A DNA stretch of 64,000 bases, taken from Asterias rubens. Taxonomy: Eukaryota. Under the pieces are notes generated by a model. It saw only the letters and a list, made by a program, of their open reading frames with translations. It was not told the DNA's origin and did no database searches. Below are positions 21,501 to 31,390 of the stretch, piece by piece (position 1 is the stretch's first letter; every line of letters begins with the position of its first letter). The position numbers and the translations under genes were made by a program. The stretch spans positions 7,874,001 through 7,938,000 of the forward strand of contig NC_047065.1 in assembly GCF_902459465.1 (NCBI RefSeq). Direction: 5' to 3'.

Positions 21501-23546
21501 TTGGAGACTTCAACTCAGATGGTTACAATGATGTTATACTACAATGTTCCTCAGGGTAAGGAATTACTTAGGGAATAAAAAACCGGCAGGGTTGTTGCCT
21601 TTGCTCGTACAGGGTGAGGGCCTTTATCGCTGGGCAACAACCCTGCAAGGTTTTAAACGGCCGTTTAAGAACGAGTCACTACTCTTTTATTCCCATTCAT
21701 AAATGCATTTTTTGTTAAAAGGCATAATAAAGTAAGAAACTCTGTAAAATCCGTTTTTTCGATGTCCTTGAGCTGTGTACGTACGTGTGGTGCAAGTTTT
21801 CGGATATGCATCTGCCGCGTATAGTTTTGGTGCAAGGCATTTTTCATTTTCCTTTCACACACAGTGCAGCCAACTCACCAACTGTGCCCGCATCGCCCGT
21901 AACGAGAAAAGTTGTGCATCAAGACTAGCGAGTAGTATTAAAAAACAACCGATTATAAACAGCTCCAACTGGTTGTTAACCATTTAAACACCCCCACGTG
22001 GCACGCTCTCTACCAATAGAATAGTGAAACTGTCTGAGGTATTTATGAATATCCATTAAGTGCATGGCCATATGACGGAACCGTTGATAATTTTCATATA
22101 TATATTTTTTTATATGAGATAACGCCCAACTTACCAGGCTGAGCGGCCACTTTAAGGTGAGAGCTACACTTCTTTGATTTGGGCTGTCGGACCCAGATCA
22201 ACTGTGACCAGGGACACAGTGCCACCTACTCATGGGGATGAAACAGGGTTACTCCCTTCACAGTCTGCAAGGATGTAGGCATGGGTGTCATCCTCTAGGA
22301 GCCTGGCTGGTAGAGCAGAATGCACAGAATGCACTACCTGTCCAAATTGTTTACAAAGTAGTTATGTCTAAATGCCTTGCTCAAGGGCCCAAGCGTCATG
22401 ACTAGGATTCAAACCCACACTCTGCTGCTGACAACACCAGAGCTGTGGTCTGGTGAACTAGAGCGCTTGGCCACGATACGCCACATTTATATAAGCAGTG
22501 TTGTTCCTGGCTTATGAACTGAGTTATGAAGAGATAAAAGTTCAAAGTATAGATTGAAGTACAATTTAAGCAGTCTGCAAACTGACGAGAATGCAGTGCT
22601 CACACAAATGCGAAAAATCTTGAAGCACAGAGGGTTTGTTTTTGGCCAAAAATGAGCCAGGAAGTAGTGAGATGAGCTGTCTTGCATTTGAGTTGGCAGG
22701 AAGTCACTGGATATAAGTATTTTTGTCTTCTGGGGTAGTATTTTAGCCGAAGTGACGGTACAAAGAACTTGTTTTGATTACTTATTTTGGTAAAACTTCT
22801 TAGTTTGCGAATATCAATTGGAACCCTCATGTGAGAGCTTTCCAGGCGAGAGATTATCCCAAGATATGAGTGTTGTGACTTCCCTTTTTAATGACTGGAA
22901 GCACGGAGTCAGTTGTACGATCCAACAGTGAAGAGTTACTTTCCTACTTTTTACACTTCTGTCCTGGCTGGGCAGTGCTAGACAATCAACTGCCGTTTCT
23001 TTCTGGTTATTCTCAAGTGATAATTTTATAAATAGAATGTCATCATTACGCTTCCATTAAAAATAATCTTTATGTTTCTATTTAACAACTATATGGCACA
23101 CAACTTGTCAACAGAGGGCGCTAGCATGAAAGGTGCGGGGGCGAGGATTAATTACAATGTTCTTTACATCTTGCACCACGTGTCATTTAGCACATAACAG
23201 GTTTGGCGCATTGGCATGCACGAGTTACTGGTGGAATAAATACCAAAAGGGTACTCTGCGTTTAATGATAGGTCATGTGACCACCCCTAAACCGATTGGA
23301 TTGCCTCAACCGTCTTGGGTATTACTGAACGTTAATAAAGACTGTTCTATTTCTCTTTCTGGTTACAGAATATTGGGTTTTCGTCTGGAGTTATACTCTG
23401 CCTACTGGTCAACAGCCGTCATTGGTTTGTGCCTCGTGGCTATAGTACTAGGTCTGACCAAGCTATGCTCATCTGATCATCATTTCTTTGATGAAGACCC
23501 TTCGGAGGGACAGACTCCACCTGAATACAACCACTTTGCAAGGTGA
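496..23546 (+). CDS. FG-GAP repeat-containing type I membrane protein (At3g51050/NERD1-like), 5'-partial, 13 exons in window
   Basis: Exons 496-579, 1351-1435, 2159-2272, 4520-4624, 5964-6078, 7065-7177, 14469-14583, 15038-15163, 16830-16905, 18246-18387, 19202-19342, 21392-21555, 23369-23546. All introns are GT-AG and phases join into one stop-free frame of about 518 aa. Motifs HFSTFALSGHDGSIRW, LPHRWQRGYDT, NPNAVVIH, YADVDNDGTIDQV, CMAIVKSGIP, LVIGDFNSDGYNDVIL and a terminal TM helix recall the plant NERD1 family (from memory, no search run). Confidence 0.88.
1351..1435 (+). CDS. FG-GAP gene exon, acidic loop (HDHKKPDQRHVHREEEDEEEDQDEEGQK)
   Basis: ttgtgtccag acceptor, AAA|gtaaga donor; phases match both neighbours. 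Confidence 0.82.
1688..2087. repeat. Diverged ~190-200-bp tandem duplication in an intron
   Basis: CAGGTG..AGTTGTCA..ATCAAGGCAAAAAA..TTAGATGGTG..CATAAGAAAATGCAT occurs twice. Confidence 0.7.
2159..2272 (+). CDS. FG-GAP gene exon (KAEPVVNHFSTFALSGHDGSIRWHHLPGDFGERTITQE)
   Basis: atctttag acceptor, GAG|gtaatg donor, 38 codons. Confidence 0.88.
2400..2800 (+). mobile_element. L2/CR1-clade LINE ORF2 3' fragment
   Basis: DYCNSL-YGLPDSQLRKLQIIQN*VARLI..ITPALQSLHWLPI..RIIFKILL..YLKDLL..RNLRS..RSFQIAAPHLCNNLP. Confidence 0.85.
3026..4310 (-). mobile_element. L2/CR1-clade LINE ORF2 fragments (APE endonuclease to RT)
   Basis: IYRPSG..IINRDPNIH (endonuclease), YRNFKSI..LSKHAPVKTK (linker), HSVLAARLETFGV..QYISVNG (RT); many indels. 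Confidence 0.8.
3640..3910 (-). mobile_element. CR1 LINE 3' end nested in the older LINE
   Basis: DTRGHSLKLFKPRLDKSLNRSDYFSQRVINQWNKLPKYVIGAKSTNAFKNELDRHW followed by a short GTAAGT-repeat tail. Confidence 0.82.
4520..4624 (+). CDS. FG-GAP gene exon (ELFSAHHFKLALRKGLSHAGEQQWNQYTHAILKQL)
   Basis: ttttctgtag acceptor, TTG|gtaaac donor, 35 codons, phase 0/0. Confidence 0.85.
5490..5908. mobile_element. MITE family A (~380 bp, TIR AGGCAGTGGACACTATTGGTAATT, TTAA-flanked, Kolobok-like)
   Basis: Terminal inverted repeats and shared internal sequence with many other copies; TTAA flanks with AG...CT termini fit Kolobok rather than piggyBac (CC...GG). Confidence 0.8.
5964..6078 (+). CDS. FG-GAP gene exon (PHRWQRGYDTSLLLARIVKDNVKTPQVDTSNDGVTLPS)
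   Basis: ttgtaaacag acceptor, T|gtgagt donor, phase 0/1. Confidence 0.85.
6247..6419. mobile_element. MITE related to the 57962 palindrome
   Basis: GATTTCACAAA ... TTTGTGAAATC termini and TAGGACGAGT / AGTCCTAACT modules. Confidence 0.7.
7065..7177 (+). CDS. FG-GAP gene exon (LIGLDGEHIAGYHFGGLRPHSPTEHVKNPNAVVIHMHE)
   Basis: ttggtctcag acceptor, GAG|gtagga donor, phase 1/0. Confidence 0.87.
7426..7579. mobile_element. Small MITE with ATAGACC termini
   Basis: ATAGACCTTTTCGCAAATACC ... GGTATTTGCGATAAGGTCTAT inverted ends. Confidence 0.7.
8202..8587. mobile_element. MITE family A copy
   Basis: TTAA-flanked with TIRs; opposite orientation to the 5490 copy. Confidence 0.85.
8972..9155. repeat. 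~71-bp degenerate tandem repeat (about 2.5 units) in the first intron of the transposase relic
   Basis: TACAATTT at 8972, 9043 and 9115, each followed by similar sequence. Confidence 0.65.
9457..9600. mobile_element. ~140-bp palindromic MITE (family C)
   Basis: Long inverted arms GGGAGACTTTTGGACGCTAGGTGGCAGCAGACTTACCAGGTAAA; second copy at 16649-16789. Confidence 0.85.
12893..13400 (-). mobile_element. Ty3/Gypsy LTR-retrotransposon integrase fragment
   Basis: LHDEIGH...VRSRFFWPKM (zinc-binding region) and EPLQLIYMDFL..ILVITDHFAKYAQAFPT..IHADQGINFES (rve core); frameshifted and truncated at 12893. Confidence 0.9.
13775..14300. mobile_element. Non-autonomous element with ~60-bp-arm internal hairpin; second partial copy at ~24010-24330
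   Basis: Inverted arms 13784-13927 around CGAGGCGAAGCCGA; downstream sequence shared with 24010-24330. Confidence 0.7.
14469..14583 (+). CDS. FG-GAP gene exon (GIEVLDLATGRPLTRLKLSNDVATYADVDNDGTIDQVR)
   Basis: ttttcctggcag acceptor, G|gtcagt donor; contains the DxDxDG FG-GAP calcium-loop motif. Confidence 0.9.
15038..15163 (+). CDS. FG-GAP gene exon (ASFTDDSTHRDNCMAIVKSGIPPHTMLFNGSICEAHAYMDAV)
   Basis: atttgtcag acceptor, G|gtaaag donor, phase 1/1. Confidence 0.88.
   Translation, partial: HLSPMIVHTEITAWLLSSLVSLLTQCSSMDQSVKLMHTWMQ
15290..15671. mobile_element. MITE family A copy
   Basis: TTAA flanks, TIRs, internal identity. Confidence 0.85.
16649..16789. mobile_element. ~140-bp palindromic MITE (family C)
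   Basis: Same arms as the 9457 copy, with a different central spacer. Confidence 0.85.
16830..16905 (+). CDS. FG-GAP gene exon (AGSLFGRTTIIQENLKLAIAPLVVP)
   Basis: cctacttag acceptor, AG|gtaagg donor, phase 1/2. Confidence 0.83.
17075..17365 (+). mobile_element. Second tRNA-derived SINE family; related fragment at ~29030-29240
   Basis: tRNA-like head (CGTCTCTCACCAAGGTGACCCTGGTGCGATTCCCGG) followed by a non-tRNA body. Confidence 0.55.
17731..18135 (+). mobile_element. tRNA-derived SINE
   Basis: A-box TGGCTGAGCGG (17737), B-box GGTTCGAATCC (17796), shared body and TTA-rich tail; fragments at 4650-4910, 14660-14970, 16255-16325, 22390-22480 and 62225-62290. Confidence 0.78.
18246..18387 (+). 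CDS. FG-GAP gene exon (SIAKQSGVINHLLGTSMLQKSRGRLDSIFLVSNGRVTSYGPSGRINWQ)
   Basis: aaatttgcag acceptor, CAG|gtgaga donor, phase 2/0. Confidence 0.88.
18460..18800 (-). mobile_element. tRNA-derived SINE (reverse) with (TAA)n tail
   Basis: GGGATTCGAACCCACACT is the reverse B-box of the family above; (AAT)n at 18460-18490. Confidence 0.72.
19202..19342 (+). CDS. FG-GAP gene exon (VDTNIKWNTAMTIFKNKHHFPKEIMDRYHNAFQPGMQVMALQVFGKL)
   Basis: ttattctgtag acceptor, CTG|gtaagt donor, 47 codons; its 3' 65 nt form the first unit of the 86-bp array. Confidence 0.83.
19278..20490 (+). repeat. 86-bp tandem repeat of an exon 3' end plus 5' splice site (13 full units and 1 partial)
   Basis: AAACTG|GTAAGT at 19343, 19429, 19515, 19601, 19689, 19775, 19861, 19947, 20033, 20119, 20205, 20304 and 20407. 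Confidence 0.95.
20889..21262 (+). repeat. 34-bp minisatellite, 11 copies (CTGTGTTTCAGGTTTAGATTTAACTCTGGTTTAA)
   Basis: Near-identical units; 374 bp / 34 = 11. Confidence 0.95.
21392..21555 (+). CDS. FG-GAP gene exon (GAVALVGWDHLDILSLEDGHQIAHHSLPCQPTAPLVIGDFNSDGYNDVILQCSS)
   Basis: ttgtttcccag acceptor, GG|gtaagg donor; GDFNSDGYNDV FG-GAP motif. Confidence 0.92.
23369..23546 (+). CDS. FG-GAP gene last coding exon with TM helix (ILGFRLELYSAYWSTAVIGLCLVAIVLGLTKL...YNHFAR*)
   Basis: ttctggttacag acceptor, phase 2, TGA at 23544-23546; hydrophobic run AVIGLCLVAIVLGL. Confidence 0.88.
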
Positions 23547-23786
23547 CACCTGATAGAGGCTGCTGACGACAGAACTAAACGTCTGTTTCATGAACTCTGT
23601 ACTTTCTTCAATGTTATGGTGTTGATATTAATACTGTACATTAGTCTGGTTGGGTTTTACCTCATTGTGATGTACATGTATGAACGTATGCATGATAGCA
23701 ATCATATGAGATCCCGGCATAGTGTCATATGATGGACAATTCTTACAGAGAGGCATGTGATAGGATCTTGTGATCTAGGAACAAGA

Positions 23787-23792
23787 AATAAA
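23787..23792 (+). terminator. Candidate polyadenylation signal (AATAAA) of the FG-GAP gene
   Basis: AATAAA about 240 bp after the stop codon; motif only. Confidence 0.3.
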
Positions 23793-25894
23793 GTGTCGCA
23801 TCAAGAACAAGAACGGATCATGAGCACCTGTTGAGATAGTAAGTTGTTGCTGAAACAATGGATTTACTAAGAATGGCGTATGGTCTGTACTATGGTTGAT
23901 GTTCTATGCAGAATTGTTGCTCGCCAGTAAGTAGCATAGATTGGTTTCAACCATCCAGCCACTGTCATATAGATTTAAACATACTCCAACCTACAATCCC
24001 GGTCATTAAATCTTTGCCTCGGGTGCCATTTTTACCCTCGGGTCTACAAAACACCATGGACCCTGTCACAGCGTGCAACAATTTTATACCTTGGTGATAT
24101 TTTAAAATTATTCTTCTCGAGGTTCTGTTGTCATCTTCAAATACGACGGAGTATGCACCGCAGACGAACAGTTGTTTAAATAAGAAACACTTATTCACTG
24201 TTCCCTCGAATCCGCGAGTGTTTCATACCATCATACACAGCACTGGAAATCCGCCAACGATGGGAATGGTCAAGGTGATGTACACTGGTAAACAAAACTT
24301 GTGTTACCCTCCGCCCTCTGCAGCAATGGTACATGCGTTTTTGTCTCGCACCACTTGATTCTTTCTTGACCAATGAAACTTCACAATTTGTTATCGAAGT
24401 ATAACAAATCTCGGTGGGCCCCCCACCAGGGAAAATGGTGTCCTAGGGAAGATTCTGTCGCCCTTCATGAGGGAAACTAACGTGGACTGAAAGAGGATGT
24501 TTTAAAAGAGGGAGCTATCAAAAGAACACAGTTTACACAGTTTACCGTATGGGGGCAAAGAATCTCGATCCTGCCACATCGGCGCTCTACCAACTGAGCT
24601 AAATATTTGTTAATATCTTTGTTTGGCGGTGCCAGTCAGAGGCCATTTAAGTTGTTGCTGTGTAGCTATTGATCACACCCTAGTTTACAATACAAACTGG
24701 GAAGAGGCAGCCAGGGGATGCGACTTTGTATTTATTTTTTTTTATGGGTATTTATTGTAGATTTTGGGGTATTATTAAGGGAATAAAATAGTCTGCGACA
24801 AGTTCATAAACGGTCGCTTAGTAACAAGTCATTACTCTTTTATTCCCATTCATAAATGCCCTTATGTAAAATAAGCGAAATAATTTCACAATTATAGACA
24901 ATGTGACACTTTCTTTCGTGAATTTTTTGATGTTCGCAAATTTAAAAAAACTTATGTCCAAATGTTTTTTGCGTGACTGTCGGTGAAACATGCGCGCATA
25001 TACACACTACGCGCTGAAATAGATGAATTGCATTCCAAGTAATTTAAATTGGCGTATACGAGCTTGGGCGCTCAACATGCGAAGCCAGCCACTCTTAAAC
25101 AGCTGTGTCTTTATCAACTGTTTAAACACCCCCACGTGACGTGCTCTCCACCAATAGGAATAGCGAAACTGTCTGGGGTATTTATTAATGTCTAGTAGAA
25201 TATGTTGACAATCTCATGACATGAAGTGTTGGGAATCCAATTCCAAGTTAAAATCATGCCAGATATACAAATAATGAAACCTTAAGCCTTTCCTTCCATT
25301 TGAAGTGCCTCAATTTCTCTGAAAAATAAGGAATATAGAAGCAATTGTTGTCTTATTTAAAAATTGATTGGTTTAGTTTGAAATCCAATTTACTGGAGGG
25401 ATAGTAGATGGACTGGCTGATTCTTATTTAAGCCATTGCTCAGTCCTGGTTTCCAAATTGATAAAATAAGTCTACCAAAATCTCACTTCAAGTTGGTTGG
25501 ATTTCCAATCCCCCTGAGAAATGTTTCCGCTTGAGTTGCTTTCTCATCCGAAGAAAGAGGTCACTGGATTGGCCAAATTAAAAAAGCTGCCTGCGAGGCA
25601 CATACACACACAAATCCTAGTGAAACACGTAATCGGTAAATCTTAAAGAAGCATTTTGATGAAATGTCCAGGTAGTCGTGCGTCTTATATTTCTTAAAAC
25701 TGACGGACAAATACAGAATTGTTGATTTGGAAAAGAAAGAAAATTAATTACTTTTGATAAAACAAAGGGCATAGCAGCAGTGTTTCTCCAGAGTAGTATT
25801 TTCAATTGAAATACATTCAACGTTGAATAAATAGCATATTAAAGGCAAGGTATTTTCTTTGGGGCTGTTGAAATGTTTTAATCCTACATAAGTG

Positions 25895-26455
25895 TAGATA
25901 ATAAGGAAATCAATGTGTGGTGAAGAGGTTTCCAAGTAGTGGGTAAATCCCAACGAGGCCTGGTTCTTCTGATCATTTTACCGAGACGAAGTCGAGTTAA
26001 ATTGTAAAGAACCAGGCCTCGGCGGGTTTAAGCCACTACCGGGTAGTTGAAACCCAATTCAACACACTTTGATTCCCATTCATAAATACCTTTTCGGTCA
26101 AAAACATCATCACTTTTTAGTCAAAAAGTAAAATAAATGCAAACATTATAATTGTTAAATGACCCTTCCGGCTATGAAATGGTAAAGCCCTCCGCCGCCC
26201 TCGGGTAAACAACTCCTTATAAGGGAATGTTGTGCGCGTCGCGCGTTTTGCCTGATGTGGCACAACTGTTTCAACCGTTGCTCTCGACCAATAGGAATGA
26301 AGAAACTGTCTTATAAGAACAGGTGCAAGGTCGCGTGTCACGCCCATGAATTAACACTTTTTACCGGTCATAAACAAAGGTTTATACACACCCACGTGAC
26401 GCGCTCTCCACCAATAGGAATAGCGAAACTGTCTGAGGTAGTAATGAATACATAA
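25895..26455. mobile_element. Non-autonomous element with GAGGCCTGGTTCT hairpin and CCACGTGAC-CCAATAGGAATAG end module
   Basis: Related copies or fragments at 33020-33695 (reverse) and 52590-52735; end module also at 2940-3025, 21960-22050 and 25095-25190. Confidence 0.72.
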
Positions 26456-26722
26456 TAAAACTAACCTGTGAAAATTTTATTTTAAAAGTGCGGCAGCAGT
26501 TTTGGCGATATCACTGAAAATGCAGCATATAAATAATCTGCGATTGAAATATACAATCTGAGAAATGTTTGAAGCAGAAACATTTCTCAGATCCGGGTTT
26601 TTGAATCTCTCTATCTAATTCCTTTCAAAATGCTACGTTATCGACAGTTACTGCTTCGTACCAAGTAAGAGTTTCTATGTTCATTCATTTTCAGGGTAAT
26701 TACCAAAGGTATGATATTCCCT

Positions 26723-27104
26723 TCAAGGGATTTGGGTACTTTTTGTAATGCAAAACACAATGTCCACAGATTTTTTATTAAACTTACACAGTTTGAAGAT
26801 AAAGATAGTAGAAAGGGGTAGCTTAAAATATTAGTTGCTGAGGTGCTGTAGTTTTTTTAGAAATTAGTAAAACAATGTCATGAAAATCTGTTCTTACATG
26901 CTCAAAATGTGTTCGTCTCATGATCACTGAAACAATAATTATTTTTCATGACAATGTTTTACCCATTTCTCAGAAACTACAGCACCTCGGCACGTAATAT
27001 TTTCAGGGAAGCTTTCTACTATCATTATCTTCAAACTGTGTAAGTTTAATGTAAATCTATGGACATTGTGTTTTTTGTCCAACAAAAAGTACCCGTACCC
27101 TTGA
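26723..27104. mobile_element. MITE with TCAAGGGATTTGGGTACTTTTT termini
   Basis: Imperfect TIRs about 380 bp apart. Confidence 0.6.
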
Positions 27105-27364
27105 GGTGCCCTAAAATCACCCTTTCAGTTGCAGCAATCAAATTGTACATGTAGGTCCCATTTAAACTAATAAGCACAACGTCCTTCAGAACCCCCTTTT
27201 TCCCCACTGAAACATGATCACTAAATTTGATGAAATGTAAACATGTTGGTTGAATTGTGTGTTTATTGAAACTGGAAAGCAGGAATTACTTTACTACTAT
27301 CGGGGCATTTCCCTTCATTATCGAACATCGACTTTCATACAGTGTACCTGTGTGGTTGTTGAGC

Positions 27365-27745
27365 TTAAAGGCAGTGGACACTATTGGTAATTACTCAAAA
27401 TGTTTATTAGCATTTCTTGGTGACGAGTTATTGGGGAGAAGTTGATGGTATAAAACATTGTGAGAAATGGCTCCCTCTGAAGTGCCATAGTTTTTGAGAA
27501 AGAGGTAATTTTCCACGAATTTGATTTCAAGACCTCAGATTTAGAACTTGAGGTCTCAAAATCAACCATCTAAACGCACACAACTTCGTGTGACAAGGGT
27601 GTTTTTTTCTTTCATTATTATCTCGCAAGTTCGATGACCGATTGAGCTCAAATTTTCACAGGTTTTTTATTTTTTGCATATGTTGAAATACACCAACTGT
27701 GAAGGCTAGTCTTTGACATTTACCAATAGTGTCCACTGCCTTTAA
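27365..27745. mobile_element. MITE family A copy
   Basis: TTAA flanks, near-perfect TIRs. Confidence 0.87.
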
Positions 27746-28274
27746 TTCATGTCCCCTGTGTATTGCTAATATGGCTCGATTTTTCATCATCGTTTCGCTT
27801 GAGAATTCTTCCATCTGTATGACCATTGAATTGAATACAATTGAAAAACGGAAAATGGAGATCTGGAATATTCCATGGTTGGTTGTGTTGTACCATTATT
27901 GCACTGAATCCCCAAAGCAGCAGTATTGTCCACGTTTTTATTCTTACATTAATCCTAGTCTTTTTTTACACACCACTTTACTCCAAAAGGGTTTGGGGAG
28001 ATTCATTAAAACAAATCCACAGGTTTCAAGATACAACTTAACTCTTTCATGCGCTGACTGGTCGCTAGTTTTTGTCTCTTCAGAAAAATAGTTGTAAAAC
28101 AAACAATTAAGATCGCATGGCCATACAGTTTTCAGATAGGAAAGAGGACTCTTGAAGTCATTATTGTGACCTGTTAGTGTTATGGGGTGGGTTGCCATTA
28201 AAAACGAGTCAACAATTTTAATTAAAATGTGTCCATAATGATCAATTTAGAAGTAAAATATTTTGCTGAAAGGC

Positions 28275-28640
28275 TTAAAGGCACTGGACATCTTTGGTAA
28301 TAATAATTGTCAAAGACCAGTCTTCTCACTTGGTGTCGTCTCCAAAAAATGCATAAAACAACAATCCCTGTGTGAAAATTTGAACTCAATTGGTCGTCGA
28401 AATTGCCAGTAAATAATGGAAGAAAAACACCCTTGGTGCACAAGTTGTGGGCTTTCAGATGCTTGAATTCGAGACCTCAGCTGAGGTCTCGAATTCAATT
28501 CATTTTAATACGAATTACTTCTTTCTCAAAAACTATGCTAGTTCAGAGGGAGCAGTTTCTCACACACAGCTTTCCATTGCTCACTACCAAGTAAGTTTTT
28601 ATGCTAACAATTATTTTGAGTTTTTACCAATAGTGTCCAG
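28275..28640. mobile_element. MITE family A copy (diverged, right TIR clipped)
   Basis: Internal similarity to family A; partial TIRs. Confidence 0.75.
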
Positions 28641-29938
28641 AGAATAAGGTCATATCCAAACTGGTTGCTATGACTACAGCTGTCACTGTTTCTATGGGTG
28701 CTCTAATGCTATGGAAATCCATTGCCTCAACGCATGATGATTTGGCAATCCAGCCATAGCTGTAGTCACCTATTCAGACGTGGCTAAAAGTTATGCCACA
28801 CTTAATTATATGTTTTGCTATTTGCCAATTTTAGTTCAATAAGCAAGTGTTTTTATTTGACATATTCAATCATTACTTCTAAGAGATGAGAACATTGAAA
28901 AAATAGATTTTCTAAGTGTGAATGTTGCTGGTATTTGTATAAAATAATGAGGTTCCAACTGTTGTTATTGGATAGGACTTGCAACTTTTTTTCCTTCTCA
29001 GATATTGTAATATGTTACCAATTGGTGGACAGGTTGGCGTACTGTTATCTTTCCTTGCCTTCCACCTCTAGGACCCTGGTTCGAATCAAGCCAGGGCACT
29101 ATGGATTGGGTTTTCAGTCCCTACCTACATCATTTTCCCTGGAATTATTCTCTTGGGTTTTCTTCCCGCATCCAAATCTGAAACTTCCTCCTTTGTATTC
29201 TCCTCATTTCGGTTCTTGGCTAGTACAACAATTAAGTTCGCTTTTCTTAGAGTCCTTACTTCACAACCGAAATAAGTTAACTGAAATTAAAATTTTCTAG
29301 TCGGTTTCCCTTGTGGTTTATTATTTTGTGTTTTCAATTAGCAATATGTTAGTGCTCGTGATTACATTTGGCATACTCCATCCAAAGTTTGCTACCTCCT
29401 TTCCCACCTCTATTTAAAGCTGTTTTTCTTATCAACCTTACCTTTAAACCTGTCGAGGCAAACTTAACGTTCTGGGCGGGCTGATCATCAGAAATCAGTG
29501 TTATCAGGGAATTTATGGCACATTATCCACGCAGAAACAGATGTTGGAGTTACTCAACCGATTGTCAATAAACCTGGGACCTTCTTCGGGCTATCAAGTC
29601 ATGCAAATAATAGCGCCAGCTGCACTCTAAAAACTGAAATGTTAATAATAAGAGTGATTATCACAATATGTGGTGTTGAGTCCAGCCATTACTGTGGGGC
29701 CCTCCCCATCTGTACTATTTCCATCAACTATTATGTTATTACATTCAGTTGTTATGCAAATATTGCTTGCTGCAAAAGCCCTATGGCAGTTTAACTAACA
29801 GCTGACTCCGCTATTTTTCTTGGATTGACATTTTATGTTTTTATTTGTTTACAATTTTGTAAGAGTGTACCGCAGATAGAACTTGGGTGGATCTAGAGAT
29901 GGCCTTTTTCATAAGTTCAATCAGGAAGTAAATCCCTA

Positions 29939-30324
29939 TTAAAGGCAGTGGACACTATTGGTAATTGTCAAAGACTAGCCTTCACAGTTAGTGTATCTCA
30001 ACATATGCATCAAATAACAAACCTGTGAAAATTTGAGCTCAATTGGTCATCGAAGTTGCGAGATAATAATGAAAGAAAAAATCACACTTGTCACACGAAG
30101 TTGTGTGCGTTTAGATGGTTGATTTCGAGACCTCAAGTTCTAAACTTGATGTCTTGAAATCAAATTCGTGGAAAATTGCTTCTTTCTCGAAAACTATGGC
30201 ACTTCAGAGGGAGCCGCTTCTCACAATGTTTTATACCATCAACGTCGCCCCATTACTCGTCACCAAGATACGTTTTATGCTAATAATTATTTTTAGTAAT
30301 TACCAATGTGTCCACTGCCTTTAA
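29939..30324. mobile_element. MITE family A copy
   Basis: TTAA flanks and TIRs; shares its right TTAA with a family B copy. Confidence 0.87.
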
Positions 30325-30699
30325 AGCCATTATACACTTTTGGTACAGAAAAAACATTAACAAAAAATAACAGATTTACAAATAATTTACAGGGCTTACA
30401 GAAGGTAATGGTGAAAGACTTCTCTTGAAATATTGTTCCATGAAATGCTTTACTTTTTGAGAAAACATTAAAACAATATCAATTCTCGATAGCGCGAATT
30501 ACGGATTTATTTTAAACACATGTCATGACACAGCGAAACAGGCGGAAAACGAGTGGGTTTTCCCATTATTTTCTCCCGGCTCCGATAACCGATTGAGCCT
30601 AAATTTTCACAGGTTTGTTATTTTATACAGTATGAGTTGTGATACACGAAGTGTTGGACTTGGACAATACTGTTTACCGAAAGTGTATAATGGCTTTAA
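30321..30699. mobile_element. MITE family B (TIR AGCCATTATACACTTT, TTAA-flanked)
   Basis: TIRs; second copy in opposite orientation at 51752-52121. Confidence 0.82.
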
Positions 30700-31009
30700 A
30701 GGCATCTTTGTTCTTTGTCAAACATTTCATATGATCTTCAAATCTGTTGGTTCTTTGCTCAAGTAACTGCTGATTTGATGAAAGAGCGCCCTCAGTGTTC
30801 TCAAATAAGCTAGATTCGATTGCAGTCATGACAGGAAAGTTATTGGTAAATACACAGTGCCAAAGATTATTTTGATGGATTTCGACTGCTCAAACTTGTG
30901 ATAATTAGTAAAGTTTAAAACAATGACAATATTGTCTTCCACATTGGACTTATCTTTCAAATTTACCTGTACCATAATTCTAATGATGGGTAATTAATGG
31001 TCATTTGGT

Positions 31010-31390
31010 TTAAAGGGAAAGTACACGTTTGGTAATCTCCGATCATAACAGATATTAACTTAAAAACTGACTTGGTAATGAGCATTGGAGAGCTGTCGAT
31101 AGTATAAAACATTGTGAGAAACGGCTCCCTCTAAAGTAGCATAGATTTTGAGAAAGAGGTAATTTGTCACTAAAATAATAAAAGACTTCTAGCCATAGGC
31201 CCAAGTCTTTTATTCTTCTCTGAAACCACACAAATTTATCGAACCAGGGTGTTTTTCTCATCATTTTCTCGCAACTTCGAAGACCAATTTAGCTCAAATT
31301 TTCACAGGTTTGCTATTATATGCTTATGTTGGTATACACCAAGTGAGAAGACTGGTCTTTGACATTTATCAAATGTGTACCTTCTCTTAA
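31010..31390. mobile_element. MITE family A-related subfamily copy
   Basis: TTAA flanks, variant TIR (AGGGAAAGTACACGTTTG), family A interior. Confidence 0.75.

Noticed and set aside
24548-24605. tRNA gene on the - strand (TAGCTCAGTTGGTAGAGCG)
   Set aside because: Only the A-box/D-arm matches; there is no anticodon arm, T-arm or acceptor stem, so it is a SINE-head remnant.
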